Shown here: piece by piece, positions 19,609 through 28,997 of the stretch
Layout: each line of letters starts with the position of its first letter
How positions within the stretch are numbered: the stretch's first letter is position 1
Source: a virus
IMG/VR virus record: IMGVR_UViG_3300044846_005100
Coordinates: 1-64,000 of that record
Length of the DNA: 64,000 bases
Strand: one strand, 5' to 3'
Translations under genes and position numbers: made by a program
The notes under the pieces: model-generated
Databases searched by the model: none
What the model was told of the DNA's origin: nothing
What the model saw: only the letters and a program-made list of their open reading frames with translations

Positions 19609-19836
19609 ATGCAGGACGTAATCAAACTCTATTCCCAATTTATTAATGAAGCCAAGTCAATTAAGGATCTCTCGACCAGGGATGAGAGACCTATGGTAAA
19701 GGGAATTGCCCAGATTCTTAGAGGAGTTAAGGACAAGGAGAATCGTCAGTCACTAGCAGATAAACAGGTCAAACAATTTAAGAAGGAAGGAATCAGGTTT
19801 GACTATGCTGAGTTTTTTAAGCTGTGTGGCTTATAG
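19609..19836 (+). CDS. putative internal head protein
   Basis: IKLYSQFINEA. Confidence 0.55.
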   Translation: MQDVIKLYSQFINEAKSIKDLSTRDERPMVKGIAQILRGVKDKENRQSLADKQVKQFKKEGIRFDYAEFFKLCGL

Positions 19837-20188
19837 CTCTTATCATAAGTTCAGCAGTCGCTGGATTAGTTGCAATCGGCACATTATACACATTACAGAG
19901 TCTCAATAACATTTGTACGTCAACCTCATGCGCATGACTTGTTAGAGGATCAATAAAGAAGAATACTAGATCAATTTGACTATCTACAATCATTGATGCT
20001 ATTTGAGCGTCCCCTCCTTTTGGACCAGACTCCTTCTTATTTACCTTAAGTCCAGCAGACTCTAGATGTAGGCCAGTCGTGCCAGTACTTGTAATTTCAA
20101 CTGATTGAAAAAATTCTTTATTCTTCATTGCGAAGCCGACCATTTCAGCTTTTTTGTGGTCGTGTGCGATTATTGATATCTTCATCAT
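19817..20188 (-). CDS. mgsA: methylglyoxal synthase
   Basis: IAHDHKK, STGTTG, SGPKGGDAQI, FFIDPLTSHAHEVDV, IATNPATA. Confidence 0.92.
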   Translation of the reverse strand: MMKISIIAHDHKKAEMVGFAMKNKEFFQSVEITSTGTTGLHLESAGLKVNKKESGPKGGDAQIASMIVDSQIDLVFFFIDPLTSHAHEVDVQMLLRLCNVYNVPIATNPATAELMIRAISHTA

Positions 20189-20258
20189 ATAGTTTTATAC
20201 TTTGACTCCTTTAAAAGTTTAGGGGATATTTTATCAGATAAATAATAAGAAAGATATA

Positions 20259-20621
20259 ATGGAAGACTTAATCAAGGCATATTCACTCTTTATTAATGAA
20301 GCTAAAACTCAGAATTCTACCTTTGAAGAGTTTGCACAAGCTCGTCTTGAAGGAGCGACTAAAATCTCAGATGCAGCTAAGGCAAAAGGAGGATCTGCTC
20401 TACTCACATATCAACATTTTGTTGTAAAACTTCCGTATTACAAGAAGGCAGCCTCTGGCAAGTTTGATGAAAAATCACTTGTTTCTGAACTCGGTTCTCT
20501 AGTAAAAGAATTATCTCGCGGAACTTCCGGTAAGATCAAATTAGAACAGACTGCGTTTCAGCGACTTGTTGGCAAGATAGAGGTGATTGGCGAATTACTT
20601 ATAAGAGCTAAGAATAAATAA
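20259..20621 (+). CDS. putative internal head protein
   Basis: IKAYSLFINEA; late promoter at 20237. Confidence 0.6.
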   Translation: MEDLIKAYSLFINEAKTQNSTFEEFAQARLEGATKISDAAKAKGGSALLTYQHFVVKLPYYKKAASGKFDEKSLVSELGSLVKELSRGTSGKIKLEQTAFQRLVGKIEVIGELLIRAKNK

Positions 20622-20640
20622 AAATAAAATTAGGATACTA

Positions 20641-21039
20641 ATGGCTCAACATAGATATGTAGACACATTTAGAAACTGGATTAGACTAAATGAGAACAAT
20701 GAGGATGAACAACAGGTTAATGATCGTTCTGATGCATTAACTCGAGAATTTGAGGAGGCTATCTCTCAAGGACAACTTAAGACTGCTGACTTGATGATTT
20801 GGTTTCACGGCATGATGGATCTTTATGATAACTCTGCACTAAAGGGTCTAATCTTTAGAAAGATGAAGCCAATATGGGCAAAATACTTTAGATCAATTTA
20901 TCCACTACTTAATATGGATAATAGAGAACTTACTAAACATGATATTATGGAGATCAAGAGATATAAACAACTTTCAAACGATGAAGCTCGTCACGAAAAG
21001 AGTGCAGATGATCTACTTAAAGAATTAGGATTACTATAA
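20641..21039 (+). CDS. putative internal head protein
   Basis: VDTFRNWIRLNE. Confidence 0.55.
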   Translation: MAQHRYVDTFRNWIRLNENNEDEQQVNDRSDALTREFEEAISQGQLKTADLMIWFHGMMDLYDNSALKGLIFRKMKPIWAKYFRSIYPLLNMDNRELTKHDIMEIKRYKQLSNDEARHEKSADDLLKELGLL

Positions 21040-21126
21040 ATCGTCTGCTACCCTAGGCGATTTACGGTTGGCCCGAGCGAGAGTTCGGGCTTTCTTGTCT
21101 TAGATAAATAATAAAAAACTACGAGT

Positions 21127-21690
21127 GTGAAGAATTTTGTAGCAGGATTTGGAAAGTGGTCCAGGTTATTTGAGAACGAATCAGAAGAGAACGTAAATCA
21201 AAAAATAGAAGATTTACGTCAACTTGCTGAGCTTGGAATGATTGATGATCATGAGATTATCTCTTTTCTTAGAAAGAGAGGAGTCCCTACAATTATTGAA
21301 AATGTTCCAGAAATCCAAGAGATCGTAAATAGTCCAGAATATCAGGAACTTCAGGAACGGGGTCTTGAATTAGTTTCTTCTAAGACTCAATTATTTAATG
21401 GATCAATTCTTTTTAGTTTTCCTGGATATCGACCACGCGATAAATATGCGATCGGTCTTTTTCCTGGTCCAAAGGTAATTCGCCGAATGACTCCAAAAGG
21501 AATCGATTTAGGCATACGAAATAGATTAGTAGGTTCAATGGATATTCGAATTAAAGATCTTCGCGCTATACCAGAAGATCAGTTTTACCGAGTTGCCATG
21601 CGATGGATACTTGATCATATTGACTTTGACGATCCACAATTCTCAGTTAAGCGCAATACTCGTAAGGGATACTTTGATCAAGATTCATGA
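21127..21690 (+). CDS. putative internal head protein
   Basis: VAGFGKWSRLFENE; late promoter at 21103. Confidence 0.55.
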   Translation: MKNFVAGFGKWSRLFENESEENVNQKIEDLRQLAELGMIDDHEIISFLRKRGVPTIIENVPEIQEIVNSPEYQELQERGLELVSSKTQLFNGSILFSFPGYRPRDKYAIGLFPGPKVIRRMTPKGIDLGIRNRLVGSMDIRIKDLRAIPEDQFYRVAMRWILDHIDFDDPQFSVKRNTRKGYFDQDS

Positions 21691-22562
21691 TCTAGAACTC
21701 GACCGATTGACTCTTTAGATGATTTAAGTCTTACTTGCATGATTCTAATAGATTTAGTATAGATCGATCTTGCCCATTCAGGAGTTCGGTCATATCGACT
21801 AGAGATAGTGGAAAAAGTTTCAGGTTCATCACCACTAATTCCAAGTCGTCTAATAACAATATCTCTCTGAACTCCAGTTAATCTAGATAGAGCAATTTTT
21901 ACCATTTCACTTACATCAGATTCATCAGTATATTGAGTAGTAGTATTTCCACTATTTAACCAATCGATTGGTGCACCATACTCATCTGGATTATCAGATT
22001 CCAATGGAACAGATCGAGTATCTGCACGAGTTACTCGAGTAATGTGATCAATTGTAAAATCTTTTCCAGTTCTAGATATTGCTTCTTGTAATTCGTCAGC
22101 CGTTCCATATCGACCTTGCTCCTGAAGAATAGTCTCATCCGCTCGTCTAATCTTATTTAGATCATTTAAGATATTTTGAGGAATTCTGACAGTACGCTGA
22201 TCAGAATTTAAGTAGGCTAATATCTCTTTTCTAATATGCCATACTGCAAATGAGATAAATTTGAATCCACGAGTTGGGTCAAATAGTCGAGCAGCATCAC
22301 ATAATCCAATATTTCCTTGACAAATTAGGTCTTCTAATAGGACACCAGTCGATGCATACTGTTTTGCAACAGACACTACAAATCTTAAGTTCGATGAAAT
22401 TAATTTCTCAATAGCTTCTTCATCTCCTGCCTTTGCTCTTAATCCAATACTAAATTCTTCTTCTGGACCAAGAATCGGTCGGCCTGAAACATCTGTGAAA
22501 TATCTTGAAATATTATCAGTTCTATTAGTTAGTCGATCTGGTGTAATTTTTAATTGTCTCAC
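21678..22562 (-). CDS. RNA polymerase sigma-70 factor (Bacteroidota RpoD/SigA-like)
   Basis: MRQLKIT N-terminus, LISSNLRFVVSVAKQY, DLICQGNIGL, FDPTRGFKFISFAVWHIR, TVRIPQN. Confidence 0.93.
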   Translation of the reverse strand: MRQLKITPDRLTNRTDNISRYFTDVSGRPILGPEEEFSIGLRAKAGDEEAIEKLISSNLRFVVSVAKQYASTGVLLEDLICQGNIGLCDAARLFDPTRGFKFISFAVWHIRKEILAYLNSDQRTVRIPQNILNDLNKIRRADETILQEQGRYGTADELQEAISRTGKDFTIDHITRVTRADTRSVPLESDNPDEYGAPIDWLNSGNTTTQYTDESDVSEMVKIALSRLTGVQRDIVIRRLGISGDEPETFSTISSRYDRTPEWARSIYTKSIRIMQVRLKSSKESIGRVLDHES

Positions 22563-22663
22563 AATTTCTTAAGTTAATGTTTACTTTTTTAAATAATTAA
22601 ACGTTGTTAGTTTGATTAAAGAACTAAAAAAAAGTTAAGAGTTTAAATAAAATAAAGAAAAAT

Positions 22664-23011
22664 ATGAAATTTACAGACACACAAAGACTAGATTTTCTTG
22701 AAAAATGGGAAACTAGCTCACACCAAGAATCATGGTTTACACTATTAACTCAGCATGTAAGAAAGAAGGACTGTCCTACGTTAAGAGACTTTTGCGATTA
22801 CGCTATGCAATTTGAGCAGATGATTGATTCAAATGGTTTAGATATAATAGCATGGCACTATTTACCTCTTCACTTACAGGAGGTAGTAGTAAGTCTTTGG
22901 GAAAATGAAGATCGTCCAATGACTAGTGAAGAAAGGGTTACTCTACAGGAAGAATCTGCCAAATATTGGGAAGAATTACACCAAACTGAAGAGGAGACCG
23001 CAGATAAATAA
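22664..23011 (+). CDS. hypothetical protein
   Basis: 115-aa ORF, TDTQRLDFLE. Confidence 0.55.
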   Translation: MKFTDTQRLDFLEKWETSSHQESWFTLLTQHVRKKDCPTLRDFCDYAMQFEQMIDSNGLDIIAWHYLPLHLQEVVVSLWENEDRPMTSEERVTLQEESAKYWEELHQTEEETADK

Positions 23012-23033
23012 TAAAAATAATACGCCCATAACT

Positions 23034-25229
23034 ATGAGCCATATCATTCAAAAATTCGGAGACTGGAGAAAATTAAATGAAGATGACCTTCCAGGAAGAG
23101 AAAGAGAACGTGGAGATAAAAATAATAAGATTGTTGCAATACCTGTTGATAAAAGCACATTAAAGCTAAAAATCGTTAATGATGCAGATGTTATTGATGG
23201 TAATGGCCGAATGACAATTGATGGATTTGATGCTCTTCTAGCTTGGATACAGAGCCAAGGTGAAATAATTAGTTACTATTCTGCATTAAAAGATTTAACA
23301 AATAACGTTGTAGTATACGAAGTAGGTAAAGATAATGATAGAAAACAAGTTGTTATCTTTAAGATCTATAATAAAAATGCTCTTAAGATGCAGGATCCAT
23401 CTCAACCTGGAATCAATTCACAAGTTAGATTTGTTAGTTCAAAAGAATTGGGCCAAGCACTAGGCGGAGCAATATTAAATACTAAAGCAATCGCAAATAT
23501 TGTATCTGGTCAAAAAGGTTCCGGTGGAGCTGGCGGTGGAGCGAACAGCGCAGTAGCTGGTTTTAAATTACCTTATCCTATTGCTTCAATGATGGACTCA
23601 ACTGATCCTAAATTAGTTGACTTTGTTACTCTTGCCTACAATAAGATATTAAGCGAACCTCGAGCAAAAACTGCTCCGATTATGGCTAAAGTAAGAGCAG
23701 AGGCGGGTGCTGACAAATTAGGCCCAGCTTCACAATTATTCATAAAAGCATTGAATGCAGGTTTTGCTATCCAAGATAATAAATTTGCTGGTGAACTTGA
23801 ACAGAACGAAATAACTCAACTCTTAGTTGATAAAATTACATATGTACAGACGGCTGAATCTAATGGTTTCTACTTGGATTTATCAGGAACTCGAATCGTC
23901 GAATCAGAATCAGATGTAATTAGAGGTTTTGACGTAGATGTATTTTTAGCAGCGGCTAAAAACGTACCTGGAATAGTTTCAACAGGTGATGTTAAGGTTC
24001 CTGAAGAAGGATTCAAATATGGTTCAAAAGGTGATGTAGAATTTGGAAAATTCCAACAAATACTACTAGATAATCTTAAGACTTATCAGGGTGGAGCACT
24101 TAAAGCAAAAGCCCCAGTTGCGGCTTTCTTGAAGACAACTGCAGATAAGCTATATGGAGATAAGACTAAAAATCTAATTGCTTACCTAAAAATTGGATTA
24201 ACTGATCCTAAATATCCTGATAATGATGCAACTACAATTAAACCTGATTTCGTAAATCGAATGATGAAAGAATTCAAATTAGTTAAAGAGTCTAGAACAT
24301 ATTTAGGATTAGATGGAGTAACTGTAATTATGGAAGGTTTTGATACTGGAGCAGCTGATACTGCAACTGGTGGAGGCGGCGGTGGAGGCCAACGCGTAGT
24401 GAGAAATAATAATAATAATAATAACGCTGTTGTTTCAAGTAAAGATATTTATGAAATAGAAGGTAAGGAACCTAACCAATATAAAGTAATTAATAAAATG
24501 TGGAATACTCGATATGGTGCGAAAGACTCTTGGGGACTTCTACTTAACCCAACATCAATTGCACGATTAAATAGAGAGAATCCAAATGCCGGTGGATATT
24601 TTATTAAACTTGTTAAAAATAGTGCAGGTAAATGGGAAGACTCTGGTACTAAGATTTATCGATTTACTTCATCTAAAACTTGGGAAGTATACATAAATGG
24701 AAAATGGTCTGCAAGTAGTGATGCGGCGGCATTAACCGCAGCATATGGAACTAATCCATTAGACGCAAAACTTAATGCTTCCGGTTCGCCTAAGACCGTG
24801 ACTACTGCTACTGGAGCAACTACTGCAGAAGTGGATAAAGAGGTAATTGCGCTAGGTACGGCAATTAAAACATTTGTTGAAGGAAATAATTTTGATGCAT
24901 ATAAAGGTACTTGGGATGATAGTGAATCAGAAGCATGGAACGATGTTCTATATCCAAAATGGACCGGCGACTGGAAGGGAAAATTATCAAAACTTCGATC
25001 AAAAGTTAAAGCAAGTACAAAGATTACCGCTACTGATAAAACTCGATATGAAAAAGGTTTCAAAAATATTGAAATAATGTTTACAGACGGTGTCGGTAGT
25101 ACCTTTGTTACTGGAAATACTTTTTATGGTACTTTCCATCAAGGCGCAGTAACAAGCGACACTTGGGACCTAATGTTATATTTAGCTGGATCGGCGGTTA
25201 AGAAATTTAGTATTGAAACTGATTTTTAA
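23034..25229 (+). CDS. large putative virion/internal protein (start corrected to MSHIIQKFGDWRKLNE)
   Basis: Late promoter at 23003; targeting-like N-terminus; Gly/Asn linkers. Confidence 0.65.
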   Translation: MSHIIQKFGDWRKLNEDDLPGRERERGDKNNKIVAIPVDKSTLKLKIVNDADVIDGNGRMTIDGFDALLAWIQSQGEIISYYSALKDLTNNVVVYEVGKDNDRKQVVIFKIYNKNALKMQDPSQPGINSQVRFVSSKELGQALGGAILNTKAIANIVSGQKGSGGAGGGANSAVAGFKLPYPIASMMDSTDPKLVDFVTLAYNKILSEPRAKTAPIMAKVRAEAGADKLGPASQLFIKALNAGFAIQDNKFAGELEQNEITQLLVDKITYVQTAESNGFYLDLSGTRIVESESDVIRGFDVDVFLAAAKNVPGIVSTGDVKVPEEGFKYGSKGDVEFGKFQQILLDNLKTYQGGALKAKAPVAAFLKTTADKLYGDKTKNLIAYLKIGLTDPKYPDNDATTIKPDFVNRMMKEFKLVKESRTYLGLDGVTVIMEGFDTGAADTATGGGGGGGQRVVRNNNNNNNAVVSSKDIYEIEGKEPNQYKVINKMWNTRYGAKDSWGLLLNPTSIARLNRENPNAGGYFIKLVKNSAGKWEDSGTKIYRFTSSKTWEVYINGKWSASSDAAALTAAYGTNPLDAKLNASGSPKTVTTATGATTAEVDKEVIALGTAIKTFVEGNNFDAYKGTWDDSESEAWNDVLYPKWTGDWKGKLSKLRSKVKASTKITATDKTRYEKGFKNIEIMFTDGVGSTFVTGNTFYGTFHQGAVTSDTWDLMLYLAGSAVKKFSIETDF

Positions 25230-25588
25230 TGACGCATAAAGCAAAAACATATCAACAATTTATCAACGAAGCTTACATCGACGACTCGGGTGAGCTTCGT
25301 GATTTTGATCAACCTAGTGGTAATGAACCAGAATTTCAATTATTAGATCACGCGCAGCGTATCCAAGAATACTTAGAAGATTCTGGTGCAAATCGAGTAA
25401 GATTACGAGTAAGAGGAGGAGTTATTGAATTTACTTTTAATTACGGTGGTTCAAATTATCTACTTGAACTTGATCTAGATGAAAATCTTGCACTTCTTAG
25501 CATAGGCAGAATTATTGTATATGAAGACTCAGCAGATTCTTTTTTCGATCTTATTGCTGCAAATGGATTAGAATTTTTAAATTATTAA
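25229..25588 (+). CDS. putative internal head protein
   Basis: KTYQQFINEA, almost identical to the T4 internal-protein signal MKTYQEFIAE. Confidence 0.65.
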   Translation: MTHKAKTYQQFINEAYIDDSGELRDFDQPSGNEPEFQLLDHAQRIQEYLEDSGANRVRLRVRGGVIEFTFNYGGSNYLLELDLDENLALLSIGRIIVYEDSADSFFDLIAANGLEFLNY

Positions 25589-26466
25589 TGAATTTACTTG
25601 ACTTTAAATATTGGATTGCTCTAAATGAATCTCAAAAATCATATTATGTATTTGAGATACCAAAACGTCGTCTCACTGAACTGGATGAAGAATACTTGAA
25701 GGGTCTGCAGGAGTTATTAGCTAATTTGCCAGATTCAATGTATGACCTTGAATATTCTCAAGGTTCTATTGCTCTTACTTTAACTGCAAGTCAAGATGAG
25801 TTAATATCTTCTATTTATGGAGAGTCTAAGGATATCACAATTTACTTGACTTCTCCAGGATCTTCAACATACCTTGCCGGAAGTTTCAAGACCATTTCAT
25901 CAAGTCAATTAGTTGACTGTTTAAAGAGAGCAAATTATTCAAATAAAATTAAAGAAACTAAGGATGTAACAACTATTCAATTTTCAATTCAGTCTTCTGA
26001 ACTTGATGCAGTAATGGCTAGAGCAACTCAATGTGCTACTCCAACTAAAGAATCTGCAAAAATTGATACGGCTTCTCTTTTAGAGTTAATCTATGATTCT
26101 TCAAATATGGGCGATAGTAAAATTAAAGAATTCACAGACTCTCTTAATTACTACTTAAGAACATTCGCAGTACAGTCTGCACTAAAAAGATATATGACTT
26201 CTGAAAGCACTCCAAATCTTGAAGAGGTAGGTGCAAGCATTAAAGAGAGACTTGCAAAAATTAAATCTATTGATCTTGATTCAATTTCTCCAGAAGAAAA
26301 GGAGATGATACTTAGCACAGTTATCGAATTCCAAAGGGATCTTCTCTCTAAATCATCACCAAAGGATATTGAAAAAAATCTTACTACTGATGCTCTAATA
26401 ACTAATTTTAGAATACTCCTAAAAGAAGTAGGAGGAGTTAAGGAGATAAAGAGAGCTATCGGCTAA
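25588..26466 (+). CDS. putative internal head protein
   Basis: LLDFKYWIALNES. Confidence 0.55.
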   Translation: MNLLDFKYWIALNESQKSYYVFEIPKRRLTELDEEYLKGLQELLANLPDSMYDLEYSQGSIALTLTASQDELISSIYGESKDITIYLTSPGSSTYLAGSFKTISSSQLVDCLKRANYSNKIKETKDVTTIQFSIQSSELDAVMARATQCATPTKESAKIDTASLLELIYDSSNMGDSKIKEFTDSLNYYLRTFAVQSALKRYMTSESTPNLEEVGASIKERLAKIKSIDLDSISPEEKEMILSTVIEFQRDLLSKSSPKDIEKNLTTDALITNFRILLKEVGGVKEIKRAIG

Positions 26467-26686
26467 ATAAGATTAGTAACTTCTTTAGGAAATTAGGACC
26501 AATTTCCGAGTCAATTTTTAAACACAGTTTTTCATTATATGTTTCCCCATCAGTTGAAACAATATATGGCTTTACGACTTTTACTCCGTGTTTAAGATCA
26601 TACGTTACCTTTTCAAAAGAATTAGCAACAATTCCTTTAACCACACCTGATTTGCCATAGAATATGAAGCGTTCTCCTTTATTCAT
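26456..26686 (-). CDS. hypothetical protein
   Basis: 76-aa ORF with late promoter at 26728. Confidence 0.55.
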   Translation of the reverse strand: MNKGERFIFYGKSGVVKGIVANSFEKVTYDLKHGVKVVKPYIVSTDGETYNEKLCLKIDSEIGPNFLKKLLILFSR

Positions 26687-26740
26687 AGGTGTGAATTATT
26701 TTAAAGGGAGAGGGTATCTCCCTTTGTTATTTATACTGAT

Positions 26741-27568
26741 TTACTTAAGTATGTTATAATATTCCTTAAAGTGTTTAATACGATCCGCTAATCCAATAGT
26801 TCCGCCATTTACTCTTTTAGTCACGGCAGTAACGGTTGCGTCATCCGCACCTTTATCACAAATTGACCATAATCCATTTTTATTAAAGAAAAATGCAGCT
26901 GATGCTAATGGATATTTTGTTGCAACTAAATCGGGATTAGCGATACAATCTTCACCAATAAATTTAGTAAAAGCTTCATAGTTGCTTTTGCCAGTTAATT
27001 GGATATATCCACGACCTCTAAACTTGTAACCTTCCTTAGTTGATTCGTCACCATTTCCCATACGACCACCATAAACTCTACTTGCAATCTTTTCAGGTTG
27101 TCTTGCATATGATTCATTTAAGTTTCCTGGAAAATATTTTGGAAATATTTTCTTTAGTCCATCTGCGGAGTAATTTAAGTTTTCACTAACTGCTTTAAAT
27201 CCACCTGATTCATGTGAACACTGTGCAAGAAAATGAGCGAGTCTTAAATTATTTGTAATATTAAATGCAGCACATGTTCCTGCAATTTGTTGAAATACCG
27301 CCTCTGATATGTGACCTTTTAGTTTATCTATTGCAAGACCTGCAACTTGTGTTACTGCATCTGTAATTTGATCATTTACACCAAATAGTTTTCCCCAAGT
27401 AGTATCGCCTACTATACCATCATCCTTTAAACCATTTGCTTTTTGCCATGCTTTAACGGCGGCTTCCGTCTTTGGGCCAAACTGTGCAACACCTGCATCT
27501 GGAGTCAAGCCTAATTTTATCTGAAGTTTCTTAACGTCCTCTCCAGAGGATCCTTTCTTTAGTAACAT
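26741..27568 (-). CDS. endolysin: peptidoglycan-binding domain + glycoside hydrolase family 19
   Basis: LKKGSSGEDVKKLQ...DGIVG PG-binding repeat; HFLAQCSHESG, FRGRGYIQLTGKSNY, VNGGTIGLADR. Confidence 0.93.
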   Translation of the reverse strand: MLLKKGSSGEDVKKLQIKLGLTPDAGVAQFGPKTEAAVKAWQKANGLKDDGIVGDTTWGKLFGVNDQITDAVTQVAGLAIDKLKGHISEAVFQQIAGTCAAFNITNNLRLAHFLAQCSHESGGFKAVSENLNYSADGLKKIFPKYFPGNLNESYARQPEKIASRVYGGRMGNGDESTKEGYKFRGRGYIQLTGKSNYEAFTKFIGEDCIANPDLVATKYPLASAAFFFNKNGLWSICDKGADDATVTAVTKRVNGGTIGLADRIKHFKEYYNILK

Positions 27569-27588
27569 AAGTTATTGTATTATTTTTA

Positions 27589-27897
27589 TTATGAGTTCTC
27601 AGACTCATCTGAAGACCCTTTCTTCTCCTTTTGGATCTGATTAACGATATATCCTGATACAGCAAACTCAATACCTGCCCAAATCGCAAGATCTGAAGAA
27701 GTCATAACCGTATGCTTTTCAAGTAGGAAGAAAATCATTCCCCATTGAGCAACTCCAAATGCTATTCCAGATTCAATTCTCTTTTTAGAGAAGTATGATT
27801 TTCTAGAAGAATACATTTCTCTAATTTCTTTAATAAACCACTTAATATTTTCCCATCCAAAAAATAAGTTTCCCTGTGTTTGTTTTTTCTCAGCCAT
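27589..27897 (-). CDS. holin-like small membrane protein
   Basis: Two hydrophobic segments, charged C-terminus, directly upstream of endolysin. Confidence 0.55.
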   Translation of the reverse strand: MAEKKQTQGNLFFGWENIKWFIKEIREMYSSRKSYFSKKRIESGIAFGVAQWGMIFFLLEKHTVMTSSDLAIWAGIEFAVSGYIVNQIQKEKKGSSDESENS

Positions 27898-27912
27898 TTT
27901 TAATTTATTTTT

Positions 27913-28566
27913 TTATTCTTTTTTGGGTTTTTCACTAGCGTATTTTACACCCATAATCGTACCGATTATAGAAAATGCGTTAGTTAATAATATCCCAAAC
28001 ATATTACTCCAAGTAGATCCAATAATTTGAGTATCCTTTCCTGCAAAAAGAGCGATACTGTACATAATTGTAGTTACTGCACCGACTCCTATGATAACAT
28101 ATAGAGCAACTTTAACAATTGTCCCAATCAATTCAAATTGGGTTCTTTTTTGTAGCATGTCTAGATCTGTTTCAGCAAGTTCTTTTGCTTTTTCTGCATG
28201 CTCTAGTGCAACCTTTAGCTCTTCTCCAATAATCTCATTCTTTTCTTTCCATTGAATAAGTTCAGTATTTTGACACTCGATTTGAGATTTAGATTCCTCC
28301 ATCTCAACTAAAGTTTCTCTAAGCTCAAGCATAAGATTTTCGTTTTCTTCCCTCTTTTTAAGTAGTTCAGAATTTTGTCCCTGTATTTGTTTAGTGACAT
28401 CAAGACGACGCTTACGATTTTCTTTGTCTCTAGCAAGAGCTTCAGCTAAATATTGAGTAAAATCTTCATCATCCGACTCAATGATCTTAATAATATTTCC
28501 TTCTAAATAAATATTTCTCTTCTTTAGAGCAATAATTGAATCAATGGCTTCTCTACTAAACTTCAT
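27913..28566 (-). CDS. coiled-coil protein with two C-terminal TM helices
   Basis: Heptad-rich N-terminal part, hydrophobic C-terminal helices. Confidence 0.65.
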   Translation of the reverse strand: MKFSREAIDSIIALKKRNIYLEGNIIKIIESDDEDFTQYLAEALARDKENRKRRLDVTKQIQGQNSELLKKREENENLMLELRETLVEMEESKSQIECQNTELIQWKEKNEIIGEELKVALEHAEKAKELAETDLDMLQKRTQFELIGTIVKVALYVIIGVGAVTTIMYSIALFAGKDTQIIGSTWSNMFGILLTNAFSIIGTIMGVKYASEKPKKE

Positions 28567-28997
28567 TATCTGTATACTTTAAATGGAGCAGTTCTATTTC
28601 GGTATGACTCATAGTCATTTCTAAATTCCTCTAGTCTAGGCTCAATTTCGTCAGATTTGATAATCCAAAACTGTGCGCCAGATTGAACTGCTTTTGCCTG
28701 CTCTTCTGGTTCATCTGATGAGGAAATAATTCCAATTACTACATTGTTACCATATTCAAAATTAATCTTACGGATAAGTTCAATTCCATCATATGATGAA
28801 CCTATAATATTAAGATCCACAAATACACATTCGGGTTTACCGTCTGAATCTTTTTGCCATCCTTCAAACAGTTTTGCAGCTTCGTCTGAACTGTCAATGC
28901 TCTCTAAAGATAGGGAGATATCTAGTAGACTACACGCATCTTCAAATACTAAGTGGAATAAGCTTTCGTCATCCACTAATAAAATTGAATCAATCAT
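28566..28997 (-). CDS. single-domain response regulator (receiver)
   Basis: ILLVDDE, VFVDLNI (phospho-Asp), IISSS, GAQFWIIK. Confidence 0.9.
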   Translation of the reverse strand: MIDSILLVDDESLFHLVFEDACSLLDISLSLESIDSSDEAAKLFEGWQKDSDGKPECVFVDLNIIGSSYDGIELIRKINFEYGNNVVIGIISSSDEPEEQAKAVQSGAQFWIIKSDEIEPRLEEFRNDYESYRNRTAPFKVYR

